This document shows positions 10,520-25,429 of a DNA stretch of 64,000 bases, one piece after another. The notes beneath the pieces were generated by a model that did no database searches, was not told the origin of the DNA, and saw only the letters and a program-made list of their open reading frames with translations. The DNA is from an uncultured Acidobacteriota bacterium. GTDB lineage: Bacteria; Acidobacteriota; Thermoanaerobaculia; UBA5066; Gp7-AA6. Within the stretch, counting starts at the first letter, position 1, and each line of letters opens with the position of its first letter. Where the stretch lies: contig CAWGOM010000002.1 in NCBI GenBank assembly GCA_963824165.1, positions 355,606 through 419,605 of the forward strand, read 5' to 3'. The position numbers and the translations under genes were made by a program.

Positions 10520-11570
10520 ATGTTTTTGTCCTCCGAAAACAGCCCCCCGTCCGCCCCGGGATTTCGCCCCGCCGGATGGCTCCCCGGTCCTCATCTGCAG
10601 ACCATCTGGGGACGTCTCGCCCGCTCGCGGCGGCAGGTGCCGATGCGCCGCGAGGCCCTCGAAACGCCGGACGGGGACGAGCTCCTCGTCGACCACGTCG
10701 AGGGCCCCGCCGGCAGCCCCCGGGTGATCGTGCTCCACGGCCTCGAGGGCAGCTCCAACTCGGTCTATGCCCAGGGGCTCCTACTCGAGATCCGCCGGCG
10801 CGGGTGGCGGGGCGCGGCGATGAACTTCCGTTCCTGCGCGCGCGACCCCGGGGACCTCTCCCGGATGCTCCCGAACCGGCGGCCGCGGCTGTACCACTCG
10901 GGAGAGACCGAGGACCTCGATTTTCTCGCGCGGACCCTGGCCGCCCGCGAGCCCGCGGCGCCGCTCTTCGCGGTCGGGGTCTCGCTCGGCGGCAACGTGC
11001 TGCTGAAGTGGCTCGGCGAGGCGCGCGGGGAGCGGCCGGTCACCGCCGCCGTCGCGATCTCGACCCCGTACGACCTCGCCGCGAGCGGACGGAACCTGGA
11101 AACGGCCGTCGGACGGTTCTACACGGGGCGCTTCCTCGTCACCCTGAAGACGAAGGCCGCGGAGGTCCGGACGCGCTTTCCCGAGGCCGCGGGGAAAATC
11201 GATCTGCCCCGCGCGTTCGCCGCGCGCACGTTCTGGGAGTTCGACGATGCGGCCAACGCGCCTCTCCACGGCTTCGCGGGCGCGGACGATTACTACCGCC
11301 GCGCGAGCTCGCTCGCGTACCTCCCGGGGATTCGTACCCCCGCCCTCTGTCTCTCGGCGCAGGACGACCCGTTCCTGCCGGCCGAGGCCCTCGAACGGGC
11401 GCGCCGCGCCGCGCCGCCCGGAGTCGAGTTCCTCGTCACGTCCGGTGGCGGCCACATCGGGTTCGTCTCGGGGCCGGCGCCCTGGCGGCCGCGCTACTGG
11501 GCCGAGGAGCTGGCGATCGACTGGCTCGGCCGCTCGGTGCGGGATCCGTCGCCGTGCGCGAGCGGTGAAA
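10520..11570 (+). CDS. alpha/beta hydrolase (YheT-like)
   Basis: HLQTIWGRL...PRVIVLHGLEGSSNS...AVGVSLGGNVLLKW (nucleophile elbow GVSLGG)...DDPFLP...SGGGHIGF. The reading frame runs through a GC-rich stop-poor region with an A8 homopolymer at about 11568, so the end is uncertain. Confidence 0.65.
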
Positions 11571-11576
11571 AAAAAG

Positions 11577-11612
11577 CCGGGGAGCGGCGAGACGCCGCTT
11601 CCCCGGCCTGCG
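11577..11612 (-). terminator. rho-independent terminator for the 11648..11995 gene
   Basis: GC hairpin gccggggagcggcg-agac-gccgcttccccggc preceded on the plus strand by an A8 run, which gives a U-run after the hairpin on the minus-strand transcript. Confidence 0.5.
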
Positions 11613-11647
11613 ATTCACGAAGGAATCCTACCGACGTTGGTGACGGT

Positions 11648-11995
11648 TCAGTAGGGCTTCTTCGCGCTCGTCGCCTCGATCGACGTCGCGACCGTGCGGC
11701 CGGACTGCTCGGCAGTCTCGAGCGAGACCTGCGAGCCGACCTTCAGGTCGCCGTTCAGCTTCGTGGAGCCGTTCCAGTAAACGGTCACTTCCTTGCCGCT
11801 CGCCTCGTCCTTCATGACGAAGCTCTTCATCGGGACGTCGACCGAGGTGATCGAGCCCCGCATCGAGCGGGAAGGGGTCTCCGAGGACTGGGCCTCGACG
11901 GGCTTCTTCGACTCGCGCGGCTGCTCCTGGGCAGCGGCCACCGCGGCCACCGCGATGGCCGAGGCCATCGCCGCCGACAGAATCATTTTTCTCAT
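11648..11995 (-). CDS. small secreted hypothetical protein
   Basis: Intact 115-aa ORF with signal peptide MRKMILSAAMASAIAVAAVAAAQE and a terminator immediately downstream. Confidence 0.5.
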   Translation of the reverse strand: MRKMILSAAMASAIAVAAVAAAQEQPRESKKPVEAQSSETPSRSMRGSITSVDVPMKSFVMKDEASGKEVTVYWNGSTKLNGDLKVGSQVSLETAEQSGRTVATSIEATSAKKPY

Positions 11996-12019
11996 GGAAC
12001 CTCCTTTGCCGGAGTGTCC

Positions 12020-13354
12020 TCACCGAGAGGCACCCCGACGAGGAGGAGTGAGTGCAATCGGCGGGCCAGCCGGCCCGGCCGGAGTCAGGCCTTGGGTGCC
12101 GCGGCCCGGGGAGCCCGGCGCCGGCGCGGGGCCTGCGTGAACTGCTCGGCGGTCACGTCGGTGTGGATGACGGTGCCGCGGCGCACCGTGGCGCCGTCGG
12201 GGATCTCGGCGTTCTTGCCGATCGTCGTGATGCCGACCCCGTCGGCGGGCTTCTCGCCGCGCGCGGCCTTGCCGATGCGGGCCTTGCGTCCGATGCGCAC
12301 CGTCTTGTCGACGATCGCGCGCTCGATCTTCGCCCCGGCGTCGATCCAGGTGTCCGTCAGGATCGACCGACTCGCGGATCCACGCGTCCGGCCCGACGAA
12401 GACGCCGGGGGAGAGGATGCTGCGCTCGACCCGCGCGCCGGCCGAGATGATGCAGCCGTCGGTGATCATGCTGTCGCGGATCACCGCGCCGTTGTGGATC
12501 GCGACGGGCGGCCGCTCCTCCGAGCGCGTGTGGATGATCCACGCGCGATCGTTCAGGTCGACCGGCGGCGGCGTCTTCAAGAGGTCCATCTGCGTCTGCC
12601 AGTAGGCCTCGGTCGTTCCGACGTCGACCCAGTAGCCCTGGAAGGGATACGCGAAGACGCGCTGCCCGCGCCGAGATCATGCGCGGGAGGATGTCCTTGC
12701 CGAAGTCGTGCGAGGAGTCGCGGCGCTTGGAGTCTTCCGTCAGGACCTGGGACGAGCATCGTCCGGCCGAAGACGTAGATGCCCATCGAGGCGAGCGTGC
12801 CCGGCGGGTCGGCCGGCTTCTCGACGAACTTCGTCACGCGCTGGTTCTCGTCGGTCGCCAGGATGCCCATGCGCGTGGCCTCGTCGCGCGTGACGTTCAG
12901 CGTCGCGATCGTGCAGTCGGCCTGCTTCTCGAGGTGGAACGCGACGAGCCAGCCGTAGTTCATCTTGTAGATGTGGTCGCCGGAGAGAACGAGGATCGAG
13001 GTCCGGCGAGCCGCGCTCGACGAAGGACAGGTTCTGCGCGATCGCGTCGGCGGTGCCCTTGTACCAGTCGGTGACCGAGCGGCCGCGGTAGGGCTGGTAG
13101 ATCTGCACGCCGCCGGTGAAGCCGCGGTCGAGGTCCCAGGGCCGTCCCGACGCGATGTGCTCGTTCAGGGAGTGCGGGCGGTACTGCGTGAGGATCATGA
13201 CGTCCGAGATGCCCGAGTTCACGCAGTTGGAGAGCGTGAAGTCGATGATCCGGTACTTGCCCGCGAAGGGGACGGCGGGCTTCGCGCGCTTCTCCGTCAG
13301 CACGCCCAGCCGCGAGCCTTCGCCGCCGGCGAGGATGACGGCGCGCGCCCTCAT
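12020..13354 (-). CDS. glgC: glucose-1-phosphate adenylyltransferase (frameshifted)
   Basis: N-terminal [49 protein letters not shown]...[25 protein letters not shown], a middle segment [10 protein letters not shown], and a C-terminal left-handed beta-helix segment in a third frame. The start overlaps the glgA stop (ATGA). Confidence 0.7.
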
Positions 13355-14806
13355 CGTCCGAGGTCTATGCCGGAAGCGCGCGCCGCTCGAGCGCGCTCGT
13401 AGAGCGCCGCGTACTCCTTCGCCGAGCGCGACCAGGAGAAGTCGCGGGCCATGCCGTTCTTCTGCAGCTCGACCCATTTCGCGGGCTGAGCGTACACCTT
13501 CAACGCGCGCTCGAGGGCGTCCCAGAGGGCCCAGGGATGGAACTCGTCGAACATCATCCCCGTGCCGCCGGGCTCGCCCGGCGTCGGTCACGGTGTCGGC
13601 GAGGCCGCCGGTCCGGCGCGCGACCGGGACGCAGCCGTACCGCATCCCGATCATCTGGGCGAGGCCGCAGGGCTCGTAGCGCGAGGGGATGAGCAGGGCG
13701 TCGGCGCCGGCGTAGACGCGCCGGGCGTAGCGGGCGTCGAAGCGCAGGCGCACGCTCGCGCGCCGCGGGTAGCGCATCTCGAACTCGGCGTACTCGTGCT
13801 CGAGCACCGGATCGCCCGTCCCGAGGAGGACGAACTGGCCGCCGCGCTCGAGCCAGCGCCGCACGGCCGGAGCGGCGATGTCGAAGCCCTTCTCCTTGAC
13901 CAGGCGCGACACCACCGCCAGCAGCGGCATGCGGAAGTCCTGCTCGAGGCCCGCCTCCTCCTGGAGCGCGGTCTTGTTCCGGGCACGCTCGGGCAGCGTC
14001 GCGGCGTCGAACGTCGCGGCGATGTCGGGATCGGCGGCGGGGTTCCAGGACTCGACGTCGATGCCGTTCAGGATGCCGGCGAGCCGGTCCGCGCGCAGGC
14101 GCAGGACGCCGTCGAGCCCGTGGCCGCCCTCGGGCGTGAGGATCTCGCGCGCGTAGGTCGGCGAGACGGTCGAGAGGAAGTCGGCGCCGAGGATGCCGAG
14201 CGCCATCAGCGAGTCCCGGTAGGACTCGGGCAGCGCCGCGAGCGCGTCGCTGCGGCGGATCTTGTAGTCGCCGAGGAACCGGCCGGCGCCCCGGGCGGCG
14301 TAAGGCAGGTTGTGGATCGTGAAGACCGAGCCGACGTCTCGGAAGAACGGGTTCTCGCGCCCCTCGGTGCCGAGCCACCAGACGGCCGGCCCCGGTGTGG
14401 GAATCGTGCGCGTGGACGACGTCCGGCTTCCAGGACAGGGCCTCGGCCGACCAGAGGGCCGCGAGCGAGAAGAACACGAACTTCGGCCCGTCCTCCTCGA
14501 TCGAGCGTCCGTAGATCCAGCGGTCCTGCGGGATCGGCGGCCCGGTGACGAGGTATACGGGCGTGCCGTCGGACTCGGTCTGCCACACTTCGGCGCGCTG
14601 CTCGCCGCCGAGCGTGTAGACCGGAAACTGCGCCACCCGCAGGGGTTCGATGGCGCGGCCAGTCGATCGAGCCGTAGCCCGGGATGACGACGCGGACCTC
14701 GTGGCCGAGCGCGGCGAGCGCGCGCGGGAGCGAGCCGACCACGTCCGCGAGGCCCGCCGACCTTGGCCAGCGGCGCCGCCTCGGCCGCCAGCATCAGGAT
14801 CCGCAT
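13351..14806 (-). CDS. glgA: glycogen synthase (frameshifted)
   Basis: [18 protein letters not shown]...[29 protein letters not shown], and [31 protein letters not shown], with the C-terminus ending ...[16 protein letters not shown]. The protein is pieced together from four frames. Confidence 0.7.
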
Positions 14807-15004
14807 GGCGGGGCATTATGGCCCAGGGCGGCGCGGCGTCCGGCCTCGCGCCCCGCGTGCTATCCTTTGAGGGTTCTCGTCCGCTCGCCCCATTCCGGGC
14901 CCCTGCCGCGAATCCGAACGGTCGAAGCGAGAAGGCGTGAGGGCGCCTCGGCGGGCCCTCCCGTCCGAACGTCGCCGAGGGTTCGGAGCATTCGAAAGGG
15001 CACA

Positions 15005-15304
<300 letters not shown>

Positions 15305-15346
15305 GTCGGGGCGCGGCACGGCCGTCTTCGGCCGGGGAGTTTCTCG

Positions 15347-15649
15347 ATGAACAAGGATTGGAAGATCCGAGTCCAGGCGGCGGGTCGGACGCCCTACGAA
15401 TTCAAGGCGACCTTCGTGGGCCGGGACTCCGGCCGGGACGAGGGCACGCTCGACGTCCGCTACCTGTACGGCGACGGCGACCTCGCGGTCCTGCTGGAGG
15501 ACCTCGGCGCCCGGGCGCCCGAGATCTTCGGCTTGATCGAGACGCTGCAGAAGAAGCCGACCGCGGAGATCGTGGTGGATGTGACCGAAGAGGCCATGGA
15601 AGTCCTGGGGCGCGGGCGCGCGCCCGGGCGGAGAAACGAGCTGGCGTGA
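15347..15649 (+). CDS. hypothetical 100-aa protein
   Basis: Intact ORF with high GC3 codon bias. Its stop overlaps the GTG start of the downstream desaturase (GTGA). Confidence 0.45.
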   Translation: MNKDWKIRVQAAGRTPYEFKATFVGRDSGRDEGTLDVRYLYGDGDLAVLLEDLGARAPEIFGLIETLQKKPTAEIVVDVTEEAMEVLGRGRAPGRRNELA

Positions 15650-16731
15650 ACGAACGTAAGAAAGACTGGGTCCGGATCGCCTTCTTCGTCCTGTCGCCGA
15701 TCGTCGGCATCGTCGGCACGGCCGCGTGGGCCCTGACGCACGGGGTCGCCTGGTGGCAGCCGGCGCTCTTCGTCGTGCTCTACGCCTGCATCGGCGTCTC
15801 GGTGACCGCGGGCTACCACCGGCTCTTCGCGCACCGCACCTACGAGTGTCACCCGGCCGTCCAGGCCTTCTATCTCTTCTTCGGCGCCATGGCGCTGCAG
15901 AACTCGATCCTGAACTGGGCCTCCGACCACCGCCTGCACCACCGCTACGTGGACCACGACTGGGACCCCTACAACATCCAGCGGGGCGGCTGGTGGGCGC
16001 ACATCGTCTGGATCTTCTACAAGAGCCCGGCCGACCGGAAGTTCGACGACGTTCCGGACCTGCAGAAGAACCCGCTGGTGCGGCTCCAGTACCGATTCTC
16101 CAACCTGATCGGCATCGGCGGCGGCCTCGGGATCCCGACGCTGATCGGCTGGGCGTTCGGCGATCCGCTCGGCGGCCTGCTGTGGGGCGGGTTCCTCCGC
16201 GTCGTCGTGATTCACCACACGACCTTCTTCGTCAACTCGATCGCGCACCTCTACGGCACGCGTCCCTACACCGAGGAGAACTCGGCGCGGGACAACCCGT
16301 GGATCGCGCTCGTGACCAACGGCGAGGGGTACCACAACTTCCACCATCGCTTCCCGACCGACTTCCGCAACGGCCTGCGCTGGTACCAGTGGGACCCGAG
16401 CAAGTGGTGGATCCGCGGGCTCGCCGCCGTCCGGTCTGGCCCGGCGCCTGCGCCGCACGCCGCGCTCTGGCGATCGAGCGCTCGCGCCTCCAGACGGCGA
16501 TGGGCCGCGCGGAGAAGGAGCTCGCGTCGGCGCCGTCGCACCTGGCCGAAGCCATCCGGCATCGCCTCGACTCGGCGCAAAACTCGCTCGAGCGGGCGGC
16601 CGCGCTCTGGAACGAGGTCTCCGAGAAGCGGCGCAAGGACTGGAAGGAATACCGGGAGCATCTCGCCCACGCCGCGCGGGCAGTGGCGCGAGGCGCTGCG
16701 CCTGCTCGGCCGCGCCCCCGAAGGGGCGTAG
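15646..16731 (+). CDS. acyl-CoA/acyl-lipid delta-9 fatty acid desaturase (C-terminal region frameshifted)
   Basis: TM segments and histidine boxes AGYHRLFAHR, HRLHHRYVDHDWDPY and HNFHHRFP. A C-terminal coiled region (AIERSRLQTAMGRAEKELAS...) sits in a second frame after about 16440. Confidence 0.7.
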   Translation: MNERKKDWVRIAFFVLSPIVGIVGTAAWALTHGVAWWQPALFVVLYACIGVSVTAGYHRLFAHRTYECHPAVQAFYLFFGAMALQNSILNWASDHRLHHRYVDHDWDPYNIQRGGWWAHIVWIFYKSPADRKFDDVPDLQKNPLVRLQYRFSNLIGIGGGLGIPTLIGWAFGDPLGGLLWGGFLRVVVIHHTTFFVNSIAHLYGTRPYTEENSARDNPWIALVTNGEGYHNFHHRFPTDFRNGLRWYQWDPSKWWIRGLAAVRSGPAPAPHAALWRSSARASRRRWAARRRSSRRRRRTWPKPSGIASTRRKTRSSGRPRSGTRSPRSGARTGRNTGSISPTPRGQWREALRLLGRAPEGA

Positions 16732-16758
16732 CCGCCGTCGGTCGACGCGCGCGGAGTC

Positions 16759-17235
16759 CTAAGCCTGCGGCGAGTAGGTCGGTAGCGCCATCGAGCCGTC
16801 GCGCCAGGCGTTCATCTCGGGCTCGCTCCGGAGCAGGTCCTTCAGCGTGATCTTGCCGAGAACCTGGTCGATCGCCTGCTGGACCCGGCGCCACACCGAG
16901 CGGATCGAGCAGTCGGGCATGTGCGTGCAGAGAAGCTCGAGACCGGAGTGGCCGTCGCAGAACGTCGGTTCGTAGAGACGGCCGCCGAGGGCCGCGAGGA
17001 CGTGGCCGATGACGATGTCCTCGGCCGGGCGCGAGAGCGCGTAGCCGCCGGACTGGCCGCGGGTCGACGTCACGAAGCCGCCGCGCCGGAGGATCCGCAT
17101 CATCTTGGCGACGTTCGGCTCCGAGATGCCCTCGGCGCGCGAGAGCTCCGGGATCGTGAGGCTCGCGCCTTCTCCTCCCCGCCCCACGCGGAGCAGGCAG
17201 CGCAGTCCGTACTCTTCCTGCGACGTGAGTTTCAT
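16759..17235 (-). CDS. Rrf2 family transcriptional regulator (IscR/SufR-like)
   Basis: Intact 158-aa ORF. MKLTSQEEYGLRCLLRV...LTIPELSRAEGISEPNVAKMMRILRRGGFVTSTRGQSGGYALSRP (wHTH), plus Cys residues in the CxxxxxC...C positions used for cluster ligation. Confidence 0.8.
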   Translation of the reverse strand: MKLTSQEEYGLRCLLRVGRGGEGASLTIPELSRAEGISEPNVAKMMRILRRGGFVTSTRGQSGGYALSRPAEDIVIGHVLAALGGRLYEPTFCDGHSGLELLCTHMPDCSIRSVWRRVQQAIDQVLGKITLKDLLRSEPEMNAWRDGSMALPTYSPQA

Positions 17236-17250
17236 GGCGTCGGCCTCCGA

Positions 17251-19545
<2,295 letters not shown>

Positions 19546-19559
19546 GCCTCCCCGGCGCC

Positions 19560-20754
<1,195 letters not shown>

Positions 20755-20756
20755 GT

Positions 20757-21556
20757 TCAGCGCGCGCCCGCCGGCACCGCGGCCGAGGCCGGCGGCTCCT
20801 TCTCGAGCCACGCGTAGCCGCGCTCCTCGAGCTCGAGCGCGAGCTCCTTGCCGCCGGAGCGGGCGATCTTGCCCTCGACGAGGACGTGGAGGAAGTCGGG
20901 GACGATGTAGTTGAGGAGCCGCTGGTAGTGCGTGACGACGATCATCGAGCGCTCGGGCGAGCGGAGCTGGTTGACGCCGCCGGCGACGATCCGCAGCGCG
21001 TCGATGTCGAGGCCCGAGTCCGTCTCGTCGAGGATCGCGAGGGTCGGGTCGAGCAGAGCCATCTGGAAGATCTCGTTTCGCTTCTTCTCGCCGCCCGAGA
21101 AGCCCTCGTTGACCGGGCGCTTGACGAGGTCCTCGTCGATCTCGACGAGCTTCGCCTTCTGCTTGACGAGCGCGAGGAACTCCATCGCGTCGTACTCGGG
21201 CAGGCCGCGGTGCTTGCGCATGGCGTTGACGGCGGCCTTCAGGAAGTAGACGTTCGAGACGCCGGGGATCTCGACCGGGTACTGGAACGCGAGGAAGACG
21301 CCCTCGCGCGCCCGCAGCTCGGGCGCCATGGCGAGGAGGTCCCGGCCCTTGTAGAGGACCTCGCCCTCCGTGACGGTGTAGCCGGGCCGTCCGGCGAGCA
21401 CGTGCGCGAGCGTCGTCTTGCCCGAGCCGTTGGGCCCCATGATGGCGTGGACCTCGCCCGCGTTCACCGTCAGGTCGACGCCGCGCAGGATCTCGTTGCC
21501 GGCGACGGAGGCGTGGAGGTTTCGGATTTCCAGAAGTGGCTGTGTCATTTCGCTTT

Positions 21557-21560
<4 letters not shown>
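20757..21560 (-). CDS. sufC: Fe-S cluster assembly ATPase SufC
   Basis: Intact 267-aa [51 protein letters not shown] (Walker A)...[36 protein letters not shown]...[11 protein letters not shown]. Confidence 0.9.
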
Positions 21561-23078
<1,518 letters not shown>

Positions 23079-23087
23079 TACAGAGGC

Positions 23088-23146
23088 AGCATATTTGAAT
23101 CTGTACAAGAAAGTCAATGATTGGCTATACTTCTAAGTCATTGATG
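23088..23146 (-). promoter_or_regulatory. suf operon promoter with an overlapping inverted-repeat operator
   Basis: On the minus strand: -35 TTGACT (plus 23112-23117), an 18-nt spacer, -10 TATGCT (plus 23088-23093), then ATG at 23078 (leaderless or near-leaderless). The inverted repeat TCAATGA-N17-TCATTGA (23114-23144) spans the -35. Confidence 0.4.
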
Positions 23147-23162
23147 AGTATAGAGATAAAAT

Positions 23163-23190
23163 CAGAACGCCCGCGTGAGCGGGCATTCTC
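23163..23190 (-). terminator. rho-independent terminator for the 23379..25358 gene
   Basis: On the minus strand: gcccgctcacgcgggc hairpin (6-bp stem, 4-nt loop) followed by gttctgattttatctct. Confidence 0.45.
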
Positions 23191-23378
23191 GGGTCGATTC
23201 GGAGGTCGAAGGCGTCTACCGACCGTCCTTCTTCTTGTCTTCCTTCTTCGGAGTCGTGGTCCGTGTCGGCCCGGGTGTCGGCCGCCCGCGGCCGCGCTCG
23301 GGGCCAGGGGAAACGGCAGCCGCAGCGGGCTTCGATTGCGGCGGCTCCGGCGCAATGCGCGCCGCCGGCTGCTCCGCC

Positions 23379-25358
23379 TCACGGGGTACCGCGGATCTCG
23401 GCTGACCCCGCTCGGGCGCGGCCTCGCTCTTCGGGGTGGGGCGCTGTGTGGAACGCTGTCGCTCGGACGACTGAGCGGCGGCGTCGCTCGACGGCCGGTC
23501 CGTCGAGCGATCGCGGCTCGACGCCGGGGCGGGGCGCGGCCTGCGCGGGTCGGGCCGTTGGCCGTTCGGGCGGCCGGCGATCCGGTGCCTGCGTCCGCTC
23601 CTGCGTCTGCGGGCGTTGCTGGTCCTCGGGCCGTTCCTGCGTCTGGGGCCGCTGCCGGTCCTCGGGCCGTTGCTGGTCCTCGGGCCGCACCTGCGTCTGA
23701 GGCCGGCCGCGCGTGGGCGCCGTCGACTCGCGGGCGGGGGCCACCGGCTGCTCCTTCGTCGCCAGCGGGCGCCCCCGGGACGGCGCCACGGGCTCGGGCT
23801 TCGGCGCGCGCGCGTTCTCGGTCTTCGGGGCGAGGGTGATGCGGCCGGACTCCGCCGTGGCCGGGCGCACGGCGCGCGCCGGCTGAGCCGCGCGGGTCTC
23901 CCGCGTGACGATGGTGTTTGCCTCCGAGGCCGTGACGGGCCGTCCGCGGTTCTCGCGGATGACGGGGACCTTCTCGTCGAAGCGCGGGGGAGCCGGCGGC
24001 GGCGCCATGCGCGTGACGACCGAGCGAGAGACGGCGGCTGCCGGCGGGCGCGCCGCGGGCGCCTGGCGCGTCGCGACGCGAATCGATTCGCGTGTCGGCA
24101 CGATCGGGATCGTCCCGCGGACGACCGGGGCACGCTCGACACGGTCGACGATGGATTTGTCGCGGATGTAGTTGTTCGTGACGACCCGGCTCGAGACGAA
24201 GGTCGACTGGTTGACGACCGTGACATACGTGCGATTCACGTAAGTGATGTTCGTGACGTTCACGTTGACCGCGGGCCGCCCCCACCAGGGGATGAGCGGA
24301 TCACGCGGCGCGAGCGGGAACCAGCCGATGTAGTCCGTGCTGAGCCCGACCGTGACCGAGAAGCCCGGTCCTCCGCCGACGAAGGCGACGAGGGCGGGGC
24401 TGTAGGCGACGACGGGAACGCGCGGCGCCACCGGAACCCAGTACCAGCGGGAGCCCCACACGATCCAGCGGCCGTAGTGGTAGGGCGCCCAACCCCAGGG
24501 TTCCGCCGAGACCCAGGTCCAACCCCACGGGTCCTGCCAGATCCAGCGGCCGGCGCGATAGGGCCGCCAGCCGGCCGTGATCGAGGAAGGCGTCCAGCAA
24601 TAGCCGTAGCCGGGCACCTCGCGCCAGCGGCCGTAACGGTCGAGGTCCTCGACCCCCGCGATGTCGGCCGAGACGTGCCGGTACGAGCGCACGTTCGTGT
24701 AGCGCCGGTCGCGCTCGATGACCCAGCGGTCCCAGCCGTCGGGCGCCGACATCGCGATCCAGTCGTAGCGCGGAGGCTCGTAGCCCTCGATGAGAATGGC
24801 GTCGCCCTCGCCCAGGGGCACCTGGCCGCCCCCGGACGCGACGATGGCCCGGCCCCGCCACACCTGCAGGCGTGTGTCGCCGTCCCGGCGAACGTCGATC
24901 CGGTAGTCGCCGGGGCGCTCGAACGTGATCGCGGCGTTGGGCGTGTCGACCTCGAAGACCTCGTCGTCGCCCAGGCGCAGGATCCGGAAAGACGCGACGC
25001 CCGCGGAGAGGGAGAACTGCTTGGTGTCCTCCGTCAGGTTCAGCGCGGCCAGGTCGGTCGCGTTGGCGAGTCGAATGATGCTGCCGCCGTGGACCTGGAG
25101 CTCGAGCCGGCCGCCGGCCGTCCAGACCCGGTCGCCGAGCGTCATCGGGACGTTCGGGTTGGCCGGCTGCCACTGGTCGGGATCGTCGCCTCGGGCGAAC
25201 GAGACGTCGCCCGAGACGTAGGCCAGGCGCGCGACCGTCTGGCGGATGTCGTCGGATTCGGGGTAGTTGGCGTAGCCGTCGTAATCCTGCGCGTGCGCGA
25301 CCGTGGCCGCGAGCGCGGCAACGACGGCGGCGAGAACCGCTTTTCGGGCTGTAGACAT
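23379..25358 (-). CDS. secreted FecR-like/DUF6600-like W-rich protein with a low-complexity repeat C-terminus
   Basis: Intact ORF of about 660 aa. GGAGGG RBS before MSTARKAVLAAVVAALAATVAHA. FecR-like beta-sandwich region (ARLAYVSGDVSFARGDD...RLELQVHGGSIIRLANATDL...), W-rich segment (WGWTWVSAEPWGWAPYHYGRWIVWGSRWYWV), then a Pro/Arg/Gln-rich tail. Confidence 0.7.
   Translation of the reverse strand: MSTARKAVLAAVVAALAATVAHAQDYDGYANYPESDDIRQTVARLAYVSGDVSFARGDDPDQWQPANPNVPMTLGDRVWTAGGRLELQVHGGSIIRLANATDLAALNLTEDTKQFSLSAGVASFRILRLGDDEVFEVDTPNAAITFERPGDYRIDVRRDGDTRLQVWRGRAIVASGGGQVPLGEGDAILIEGYEPPRYDWIAMSAPDGWDRWVIERDRRYTNVRSYRHVSADIAGVEDLDRYGRWREVPGYGYCWTPSSITAGWRPYRAGRWIWQDPWGWTWVSAEPWGWAPYHYGRWIVWGSRWYWVPVAPRVPVVAYSPALVAFVGGGPGFSVTVGLSTDYIGWFPLAPRDPLIPWWGRPAVNVNVTNITYVNRTYVTVVNQSTFVSSRVVTNNYIRDKSIVDRVERAPVVRGTIPIVPTRESIRVATRQAPAARPPAAAVSRSVVTRMAPPPAPPRFDEKVPVIRENRGRPVTASEANTIVTRETRAAQPARAVRPATAESGRITLAPKTENARAPKPEPVAPSRGRPLATKEQPVAPARESTAPTRGRPQTQVRPEDQQRPEDRQRPQTQERPEDQQRPQTQERTQAPDRRPPERPTARPAQAAPRPGVEPRSLDGPAVERRRRSVVRATAFHTAPHPEERGRARAGSAEIRGTP
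23596..23706 (-). repeat. in-frame tandem 18-nt repeats encoding an RP(E/Q)(D/T)(Q/R)(Q/E) hexapeptide array
   Basis: Plus-strand units ...ctggtcctcgggccg / ttcctgcgtctggggccg / ctgccggtcctcgggccg / ttgctggtcctcgggccg / cacctgcgtctgaggccg, which translate on the minus strand to RPQTQVRPEDQQRPEDRQRPQTQERPEDQQRPQTQE. Confidence 0.6.
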
Positions 25359-25429
25359 GGGGTTCCCTCCTCGCCGGAACACTACTGCAAAGTCCGTTCC
25401 CGGTCGTCCGAGGTCTTAGACTGCCTTCG

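Noticed and set aside
23596-23706. Tandem direct repeats as a possible CRISPR array or minisatellite
   Set aside because: The units are 18 nt, contiguous with no spacers, in-frame inside a coding sequence, and translate to a hexapeptide repeat. This is a coding repeat, not a CRISPR array.
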